32,000 nucleotides of DNA, from contig NZ_CP017260.1 of assembly GCF_001735745.1 (NCBI RefSeq), positions 360,001 through 392,000 on the forward strand, read 5' to 3'. The stretch's first letter is position 1. Every line of letters begins with the position of its first letter. Position numbers and translations under genes: made by a program. Below are positions 6,756 to 14,099 of this stretch, piece by piece. The notes beneath the pieces were generated by a model, which ran no database searches, was not told the origin of the DNA, and saw only the letters and a list, made by a program, of their open reading frames with translations. Source of the stretch: Formosa sp. Hel1_33_131 (GTDB lineage Bacteria; Bacteroidota; Bacteroidia; Flavobacteriales; Flavobacteriaceae).

Positions 6756-9008
6756 ATGTTAAAACCTAAAAACCCTTATACTTTTTTCAATACTTATTGT
6801 TTAAGAACACCTCTTTTACCATTGAATCGGGTTTTAAATGCACTACAAAAAAGAGGTTTTGAGGATGAGTCTCTAAAAGAGTATTGGCAAAACACTCATT
6901 TAAAAGAAGCTGTTTTTTTAGCATCGCCCTACCTTTTCTCTGAACTAGAATTACTATTTGAGGGAACAATCACTTCTGTAAAAAAAGCAGAAAAGTTAAA
7001 ACAAAGCTTTTTAAAATATGTTCTCAGAGCCTCCTCTCGTTGTACGCCTTTTGGACTGTTCTCTGGAGTCTCTTTAGGTCATTTTAATGATACAAGTTGT
7101 ATAGAACTAGAAACAACTAAAACCTTGAAACGCCGAACACGTTTGGATGTGAACTATATGGTTGCGCTCTCAAACTATTTAGAAAAAGAGCCCGTCATAA
7201 AAAACCAATTGGTGTTTTACCCCAACAGTTCGCTCTATAAAATTGCGGATCAATATCGATATATTGCATTTGAAATAGATGGTTTAAAACGCTCTTATGC
7301 TGTTGAAGGCATAGAGTATTCGGTTTATATAGAGACCGTCTTAAATGAAGCTAAAATGGGTAAAACCATTACTGAATTGGCCGTTACAATTACGGACGAA
7401 ACGATCACTGAAGAGGAAGCCACCCACTTTATTCATGAACTCATAGACAACCAGGTCTTAAGTAGTGAATTAGAACACTCTATTTCAGGAACTGATATGC
7501 TATCCCAAACACTAGTGACCTTAAAACAATTAAAACAGTGTGACTCTAATATACAAGACCTACTTAGCATTCAAAAAACACTTCAAAAATTAGATGACAC
7601 TGACAGAAATACCAGTGAAGATTATAAAAAATGTAATCCGATTTTAGAGGCCCTTGGCGTGCCTTATGAGACGAAAGATGTGTTTCAAACGGATCTTTTT
7701 ACAACGACTAAAAACAATGCTTTAAACAAAAAAGTAGCGCACGAATTACGCCGGGCTTTACCACTTTTAAGTAGCCTTAACAAAAAAGATCACAACCCTC
7801 ATTTAGAGCAATTCAAAAAAGCGTTTAAAGAGCGTTATGAAACAAGAAAAATTCCATTAGCTATGGCTTTGGATATAGAAATGGGAGTTGGCTACATTCA
7901 AAATGAAGCTGTTTCAAATACCGTTTCGTTTTTAAATGACATTACGCCTCAAACAGATCACTCCTCTTCTCAAAACTTCTCTTTATCAGAAATTGAAATT
8001 AGCATTCAAAAATTAATGTTTGATGCATTAAAGAATCAGCACTATAGCATTGAACTAAAGGAAGCAATTTTCGCGGATCGTGAAGTGTCTATAGATCATT
8101 TACCTGACACCCTTTCCGCACTCATTGAAGTGATTACTCTAAACAATGAAGAATGTGTTTACATACACTCTTTTGGAGGTTCCAATGGGGCTAATTTACT
8201 TGCTCGGTTTTGTGAGGAGACTGGAGAATTATTTGATTACGTTAAAGAAATGACCTGTATAGAACAGCAGATGAACCCACACAGTGTTTTAGTTGAACTC
8301 ATCCATTTGCCTGAAGCTAGAGTTGGAAATGTGATTAAAAGACCGCATTTAAGAGCTTATGAATTGCCCTATCTCGGCAAGTCTAATCTGCCGTTAGAAC
8401 AGCAAATTAATATTAATGATGTTTTAGTATTTATTAAAAACAACCGTATTGTTTTATGGTCAAAAAAATTAGACAAAGCCATTCTACCTCGTTTAACAAA
8501 TGCTCATAATTACACAAAAAATACGCTTCCTATCTATCATTTTTTATGTGATTTACAAACTCAAAATATTCAAAAAAAGCTTGGATTTTCTTGGGGCGCA
8601 CTCGCCAACAATCATTCCTTTTTACCTAGAGTGTGTTATAAAACCCTCATTCTTTCCAAAGCCACTTGGATTATTGAAACTAAAAAATTTCAATCTTTAT
8701 TTAAATTAGACAAAAACGGAGCGAACTTATTGGATTTAATAAGCGGGTGGAGAGCAACTATTCAAATGCCTCAATATGTTCAGTTAAAAGAAGCCGATAA
8801 TACGTTACTTATAAATCTCGAAAATACAACAATGCTTCATTTGTTATTCGATTCGGTTAAACGCAAAACACAGTTTATCTTAGAAGAATTTTTATTTACA
8901 GAAAAACCTATCGTAAAAAATGAGGATAATGATTTTTTTACGAATCAATTTGTAGTGTCATTTTACAATGAGGAAAAACTAAAAAAAGCTGTTAATTATG
9001 CAAACTAG
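6756..9008 (+). CDS. Lantibiotic dehydratase family protein (LanB N-terminal, tRNA-Glu-dependent glutamylation domain)
   Basis: 750 aa. The N-terminus NPYTFFNTYCLRTPLLPLN and the RCTPFGLFSGVSLG motif are hallmarks of the Lant_dehydr_N family. The size fits a stand-alone glutamylation domain. Confidence 0.85.
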   Translation: MLKPKNPYTFFNTYCLRTPLLPLNRVLNALQKRGFEDESLKEYWQNTHLKEAVFLASPYLFSELELLFEGTITSVKKAEKLKQSFLKYVLRASSRCTPFGLFSGVSLGHFNDTSCIELETTKTLKRRTRLDVNYMVALSNYLEKEPVIKNQLVFYPNSSLYKIADQYRYIAFEIDGLKRSYAVEGIEYSVYIETVLNEAKMGKTITELAVTITDETITEEEATHFIHELIDNQVLSSELEHSISGTDMLSQTLVTLKQLKQCDSNIQDLLSIQKTLQKLDDTDRNTSEDYKKCNPILEALGVPYETKDVFQTDLFTTTKNNALNKKVAHELRRALPLLSSLNKKDHNPHLEQFKKAFKERYETRKIPLAMALDIEMGVGYIQNEAVSNTVSFLNDITPQTDHSSSQNFSLSEIEISIQKLMFDALKNQHYSIELKEAIFADREVSIDHLPDTLSALIEVITLNNEECVYIHSFGGSNGANLLARFCEETGELFDYVKEMTCIEQQMNPHSVLVELIHLPEARVGNVIKRPHLRAYELPYLGKSNLPLEQQININDVLVFIKNNRIVLWSKKLDKAILPRLTNAHNYTKNTLPIYHFLCDLQTQNIQKKLGFSWGALANNHSFLPRVCYKTLILSKATWIIETKKFQSLFKLDKNGANLLDLISGWRATIQMPQYVQLKEADNTLLINLENTTMLHLLFDSVKRKTQFILEEFLFTEKPIVKNEDNDFFTNQFVVSFYNEEKLKKAVNYAN

Positions 9009-9858
9009 ATTTTTTTTAGGGGATGAATGGATTTACTATAAATTGTATTGTGGTAAACGAACAGCGGATCATATTCTTGTGGATATTATAAAGCCATTTA
9101 CTGAAAAACTATTAAAAGAAAACCTAATCACCAAATGGTTCTTTATTCGGTATCACGACCCTAACCATCATTTACGGGTGCGCTTTCATTGTGAAGATCT
9201 TTCTAAAATAGGGACGATTATTAATACCTTTAAAAATGCGATCGACCATCAAGTTGCTAATGACTTTATTTGGAAGGTTCAAACAGATACCTACCAAAGA
9301 GAAATTGAACGCTATGGGAAACTCACAATGATTGGATCAGAGAATCTGTTTTTTCATGACAGCAGCACTAGCATTAATGCTTTGAATTTGATTGAAGATG
9401 AGGAACTCTTATTTTTATTTGTTTTAAAATCCATAGATGCATTGTTAAGTGTTTTTGAATACGATTTAAAAGCTAAAATTAGTTTCTCTAAAGTGAACCT
9501 GACTTCTTATAGAAATGAGTTTAAAGCGGAGAAAAACTTCAGCAAACAGCTAAATAAAAAATATCAAAAATTAAGACCTAAAGTGGAATCGTTCATGGCT
9601 TTAAAAGAAAGTAGTGATTATGACGCTCTCTTAAACTTAATAACGACTAAGAATAGAGAAATCGAAACAATTAAAACACCTATTTTAGAGTTGCATAAAA
9701 ATAATAAATTAGAAGTTCCGTTAAATCATTTACTATCTAGTTATATACACATGATGGTCAACCGTCAATTTAGAGACAAACAACGTTTATTTGAATTGGT
9801 TTGTTATGATTGCCTATTTCGATATTACAACAGCCTATTTGCAAAACAATTAAATTAA
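8998..9858 (+). CDS. Thiopeptide-type bacteriocin biosynthesis domain protein (LanB C-terminal / SpaB_C glutamate-elimination domain)
   Basis: 286 aa. WIYYKLYCGKRTADHILVDIIKPF...KWFFIRYHDPNHHLRVRFH is the signature of Lant_dehydr_C. It overlaps the upstream gene by 11 nt, giving a split LanB as in thiopeptide systems. Confidence 0.8.
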   Translation: MQTRFFLGDEWIYYKLYCGKRTADHILVDIIKPFTEKLLKENLITKWFFIRYHDPNHHLRVRFHCEDLSKIGTIINTFKNAIDHQVANDFIWKVQTDTYQREIERYGKLTMIGSENLFFHDSSTSINALNLIEDEELLFLFVLKSIDALLSVFEYDLKAKISFSKVNLTSYRNEFKAEKNFSKQLNKKYQKLRPKVESFMALKESSDYDALLNLITTKNREIETIKTPILELHKNNKLEVPLNHLLSSYIHMMVNRQFRDKQRLFELVCYDCLFRYYNSLFAKQLN

Positions 9859-9864
9859 CTCAAC

Positions 9865-11541
9865 GTGAAGTATAAATTATCCCCCATATTTATCTTTCTA
9901 TTTCTGACTTCAACCCTTTGGAGCCAACAAACGGCTTTAAGTTATGAAGTTTTAGAAAACAATATTAAGACTTCAAAGTCAGATTCTATTCGTGAAATAT
10001 ATGCTTCGACGTTACTTTTAAAAGCAAAAAAAGAAAATAATGTTCTAAAAATTGCTGATGGCTATAATCATTTGTCAGAAATTAACTCCCACACTTTAAG
10101 TGGTTTAAAATATGCTGATAGTATTATTGACTTGACAGCTACATTAATAAATTCAAAATACCCTGCTGAAGGTTATCTTCAAAAAGGAATTCAGTTGTTT
10201 TATTTAGCAAAACATAATGAATCCTTAGACAATTATATTAGGGCTCTTAATGATTTTCAGGCAAATAATAATACTTATGGAAAAGTAAGAGTGAACCATT
10301 ATATAGGTCTATTAAAAAACAGTATAAATGAAGAGAAAGAAGCGTTAGAAATTTTTAAAAAAAATATTTCTTTTTTTGAAAGTTCAAAAAATAAACATTT
10401 ATACAAAAGACAATACTTAAAGTCCTTATTTGCAATTGTAGATTCTTATAACAGAAATAAAATATTAGATTCAGCAGAAATATATGGAAGAATGGGTATT
10501 AAGGAAAGCTTTCAAAGTCATGACAAGTATTTGTATAATTATTTTTTATTATCATATGGATCAACTAAAACTTTTAAGGGAGAATATAAAGTAGCGATTG
10601 ACAGTCTTATTAAAGGCACCAAATTATTAACAAATGAAAAGCTTGTAATAGCAGGAAGTTATTTGATTTTAAGTCAAGCTTTTGAAGGCCTAAAAGAGTA
10701 TTCAAAATCATTACTATATTTAGATAAAGTAGATTCATTATATCAAAAAAATCCTGAAACAATATTTCAAGCAAAGGAATCTTATAAGATTTTACTTAAG
10801 TATAGTCAAAAAGAAAATAATCCCCAAAAGCAATTAAATACAATTAAAAAACTTCTTAAAGTTGATAGTATTATTAATGTTAAACACAATCAGTTAAGTA
10901 AGAATATTGTAAAAAAACATGATACTCCAGAATTAATTTTAGAAAAAGAACGCATAATTAAACAATTGAATAATAGTTATTCTTTATCCAAAAATAAAAT
11001 TATTATTTTATCTATTGTCATTATCTTCTTAATTATCATTTTGCTTTATAGTATAAGAAAAAGCATAATTAATAAGAAAAAATTTGAAATTATTAAAGCA
11101 AAAATTAATTCCGATGTTAAAGAAGAAAACAAAGAAAATTTAATAAAGGTTACTACTACAACTACTATTACTACTGGAATACCCGAAGATTTAGTAAAAG
11201 AAATTATACTTAGTTTAGAGAAATTTGAAAGTTCAAATAAGTTTTCAAAAAAACATTATACATTAAACACCCTTGCAAAAGAACTAAAAACAAACAGCAC
11301 CTATTTATCTAAAGTAATAAATGCAACAAAAGAAGCAAATTTTGCTAATTATTTGAACAATTTAAAAGTTGATTTTGCTATTAAAAGGTTATCAAAGAAT
11401 AAGCAATTTAGAGCATATACAATAAAAGCTATTGCAGAGGATTCTGGTTTTAATAACGCACAATCATTTTCGGCTGCATTTCATAAAAAAACAGGTATTT
11501 ATCCATCATATTTTATTAAAGAACTTAATAATGAAAAATGA
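9865..11541 (+). CDS. Membrane-spanning one-component regulator: signal peptide, TPR-like repeats, one TM helix, C-terminal AraC-type HTH
   Basis: GTG start. The signal peptide is MKYKLSPIFIFLFLTSTLWSQQ. About 340 aa of helical-repeat sequence follow, then the TM helix IIILSIVIIFLIIILLYSI and a basic stretch RKSIINKKK. The C-terminus HYTLNTLAKELKTNSTYLSKVIN...IKAIAEDSGFNNAQSFSAAFHKKTGIYPSYF is an AraC/XylS HTH. Confidence 0.8.
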   Translation: MKYKLSPIFIFLFLTSTLWSQQTALSYEVLENNIKTSKSDSIREIYASTLLLKAKKENNVLKIADGYNHLSEINSHTLSGLKYADSIIDLTATLINSKYPAEGYLQKGIQLFYLAKHNESLDNYIRALNDFQANNNTYGKVRVNHYIGLLKNSINEEKEALEIFKKNISFFESSKNKHLYKRQYLKSLFAIVDSYNRNKILDSAEIYGRMGIKESFQSHDKYLYNYFLLSYGSTKTFKGEYKVAIDSLIKGTKLLTNEKLVIAGSYLILSQAFEGLKEYSKSLLYLDKVDSLYQKNPETIFQAKESYKILLKYSQKENNPQKQLNTIKKLLKVDSIINVKHNQLSKNIVKKHDTPELILEKERIIKQLNNSYSLSKNKIIILSIVIIFLIIILLYSIRKSIINKKKFEIIKAKINSDVKEENKENLIKVTTTTTITTGIPEDLVKEIILSLEKFESSNKFSKKHYTLNTLAKELKTNSTYLSKVINATKEANFANYLNNLKVDFAIKRLSKNKQFRAYTIKAIAEDSGFNNAQSFSAAFHKKTGIYPSYFIKELNNEK

Positions 11542-11581
11542 ATTCAAGTTGTTGATTTAAAAAGTCTTGGCTAATTATTTT

Positions 11582-11604
11582 GTTGTTGATATTTATAAAT
11601 TTCA
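11582..11604. promoter_or_regulatory. Third copy of the palindromic operator, upstream of peptide P4
   Basis: GTTGTTGATATTTATAAATTTCA matches 6608-6630 at 21 of 23 positions. The 16-mer at 11588-11603 is 15/16 identical to the perfect palindrome. GTTGATATTTATAAATTTCAAC (11585-11606) is itself a 22-bp near-palindrome. It lies 65 nt upstream of the P4 ATG. Confidence 0.6.
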
Positions 11605-11668
11605 ACATATAAAATAGCATTAAATCAAAATTATAGCAGTAGATTTATAAAACTCTAAATTTAAAATT

Positions 11669-11815
11669 ATGAAAAAAACAGAATTAAAAAAAGAAAAACT
11701 TGGAATTAAAAAATTTCAAATTTCAAAAATCAACAACCCTCAATTAATAATTGGTGGGAATGCTAATTTAGGTGATGATGATGACGGCGATCATCCAACA
11801 CTAGTAACTAAATAG
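11669..11815 (+). CDS. Small GG-leader peptide P4 (48 aa)
   Basis: Hand translation: MKKTELKKEKLGIKKFQISKINNPQLIIGG|NANLGDDDDGDHPTLVTK*. The leader resembles P1-P3 (KFQISKI...LIIGG versus NFQFEKL...LQNIAGG). It has its own operator upstream and a strong terminator downstream. It is below the ORF-track cutoff. Confidence 0.7.
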   Translation: MKKTELKKEKLGIKKFQISKINNPQLIIGGNANLGDDDDGDHPTLVTK

Positions 11816-11860
11816 AAAAAACACACACCATATTCTAATTTATTATGGTGTGTGTTTTTT
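11816..11860 (+). terminator. Rho-independent terminator / attenuator after P4
   Basis: ACACACACCATA (11821-11832) and TATGGTGTGTGT (11844-11855) form an exact 12-bp stem with an 11-nt loop. A T-run follows (to 11860) and an A-run precedes it. Confidence 0.75.
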
Positions 11861-11875
11861 AAATTAATAAACCCT

Positions 11876-14053
11876 ATGAACTATAAATCTATTGCTATTT
11901 TAATTCTATGTATTTTAATTATGCAATGTAAAAATAAGAAAGAATTAGTGTTAGCACCAATTAATGTTGTTGTTGATGAAATTCATGGACAAAGAATAGA
12001 AGATCCGTATCGTTATATGGAAAATATTGATGATAGTATTTATATAAATTGGTTAAAAGGTCAAAAAGAAAATAAAGAATCAGTAGTAGGTAATATTTCT
12101 AATAGAGATAATTTAAAATTAAAAATAGAAAAGTTTCAAGAAAGGACTCCTGAAAAAATCTCAAAACTAACAATCATGGATAATGATGTTTACTTTTATT
12201 TAAAAGAGAACACAACATCTAAAGTAAAAAAACTGTATTCAAGAGATGGCTTTAAAGGAGAAGAAGTTTTATTATATAATCCTGAAAACTTTGATAATGA
12301 ACATCCTTATGTAATAAATTATATTAAACCTAGTTGGGATACTTCAAAAGTAGTTATAGGCTTAACAAAAAATGACGAAGAATTTTCAATATTAAAAATC
12401 CTTGATGTAAAAACTAAAAATTTAGTTGGAGATATTAAAATAACTAATACACTTCCAACTTCTCTAGGAGGTGTTAAATGGTTGCCTGATGATTCTGGTA
12501 TTATTTATGTAAATGTACCAGTAATTGATTCTAAATCTAAAAAATATTTACACAATTCGGAAGTTGTACTATATAGATTTAATGATAACCCTAAAGAATC
12601 TCCCACTGTTATTTTTTCAAAAAAGGAGAATCCAAAACTGAAAATAAAGGAAGAAGATTTCCCGTTAATTTACTTAGACAACCAAAATGTTGAATATATT
12701 ATTGGAGTGGTTACTAGAGCTTCAAGATATAGAGATACTTATTATATAAAAATAGATGAACTTAATAATAAAAAAATTAAATGGGAGCCATTATTTAAAA
12801 AAGAAGAAAAGATTAAACGCTTTATTGTTACAAAAGATGAAATCATTTATATGACTTCAAAAACAACTCCCAATTTTCAAATATGTAAAACCTCACTAAG
12901 TAATCCTGATTTTGAAAATCCACAAGTTTTAGTTTATGAGAATACTAAAGAAGTTATTACAGATTTTGTTATAACAAAACAAGGCTTGTTTTTCGTAAAA
13001 ATAAAAAATGGTGTTGATGCAAAACTTTATAAAATAGAAAATAATCAAGAAAAAAATATCGAGATCCCAAAACCTTCAGGAAGTATAAATGTATCCTCCA
13101 AAAATGAAAACTCTAATGATTTATGGATATCGATTGATGGGTGGACGCATAAAAAAGAGACCTATAAATATGATTATGATAAAAGTGTATTTATCCCTCA
13201 AAATTTATACCCAGTAGCAGAATATTCGTTACTCAATGATGTGGTTGTTAAAGAAATTGAAGTACCATCGTATGATGGTACATTAGTTCCATTATCTGTA
13301 ATTTATAAAAATAGCATTAAATTAAATGGAGAAAACAGAATGTTACTTACTGGCTATGGCGCTTATGGCATAACTGATAAACCTGTGTTAGACGACTATT
13401 TACTAAACTGGATTAATGAAGGAGGAATCTATGCTTTAGCACATGTGAGAGGTGGAGGAGAAAAAGGAGATGCATGGCATAAAGAAGGGTTTAAAACAAC
13501 AAAACCAAATACATGGAAGGACTTTATTTCGTGTACTGAATATTTGATTGATAAAGAATATACTTCAAATAAAAATTTAGCTGTTTGGAGCGGAAGTGCT
13601 GGAGGAATACTTGTAGGTAGAGCGATTACTGAACGTCCAGATTTATATGCTGCCGCAATAATACGGGTCGGATTACTAAATACTTTACGTTCAGAGTTCG
13701 CTCCAAACGGAAAAAATAATATTAAAGAATTTGGAACAATTAAAGATTCATTAGAATTTAAATCTCTATTAGAAATGGATGCGTTTCACAACATAAAAGA
13801 TGGTGTTGAGTATCCAGCAGTTTACTTAACAGGAGGTATGAATGATGCTAGAGTTGCTGTTTGGCAACCTAGCAAATTTGCTGCAAAATTGCAAAAAGCA
13901 AATGCTTCTGAAAATCCTATTATTTTAGATATTGATTTTGATGGTGGTCATGGATTTGATGCAACTTCAAATAAAAAAAATAATGAATTAGCAGATATAC
14001 TTTCTTTTGCACTCTGGCAAACTGGACATCCAGATTATCAATTGAATAGATAG
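11876..14053 (+). CDS. Prolyl oligopeptidase (S9A family), lipoprotein, copy 1
   Basis: I prefer ATG 11876 (MNYKSIAILILCILIMQCKNK, signal plus lipobox-like Cys) over the track's GTG 11852, which lies inside the terminator stem. The N-terminal beta-propeller region and C-terminal hydrolase domain carry an intact triad context: GSAGG (Ser), GGMNDARV (Asp), DGGHG (His). Confidence 0.9.
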   Translation: MNYKSIAILILCILIMQCKNKKELVLAPINVVVDEIHGQRIEDPYRYMENIDDSIYINWLKGQKENKESVVGNISNRDNLKLKIEKFQERTPEKISKLTIMDNDVYFYLKENTTSKVKKLYSRDGFKGEEVLLYNPENFDNEHPYVINYIKPSWDTSKVVIGLTKNDEEFSILKILDVKTKNLVGDIKITNTLPTSLGGVKWLPDDSGIIYVNVPVIDSKSKKYLHNSEVVLYRFNDNPKESPTVIFSKKENPKLKIKEEDFPLIYLDNQNVEYIIGVVTRASRYRDTYYIKIDELNNKKIKWEPLFKKEEKIKRFIVTKDEIIYMTSKTTPNFQICKTSLSNPDFENPQVLVYENTKEVITDFVITKQGLFFVKIKNGVDAKLYKIENNQEKNIEIPKPSGSINVSSKNENSNDLWISIDGWTHKKETYKYDYDKSVFIPQNLYPVAEYSLLNDVVVKEIEVPSYDGTLVPLSVIYKNSIKLNGENRMLLTGYGAYGITDKPVLDDYLLNWINEGGIYALAHVRGGGEKGDAWHKEGFKTTKPNTWKDFISCTEYLIDKEYTSNKNLAVWSGSAGGILVGRAITERPDLYAAAIIRVGLLNTLRSEFAPNGKNNIKEFGTIKDSLEFKSLLEMDAFHNIKDGVEYPAVYLTGGMNDARVAVWQPSKFAAKLQKANASENPIILDIDFDGGHGFDATSNKKNNELADILSFALWQTGHPDYQLNR

Positions 14054-14099
14054 CGTAGCATTAACAATAGTTAAAATTAGAGTCATATAAGAATTGTTT

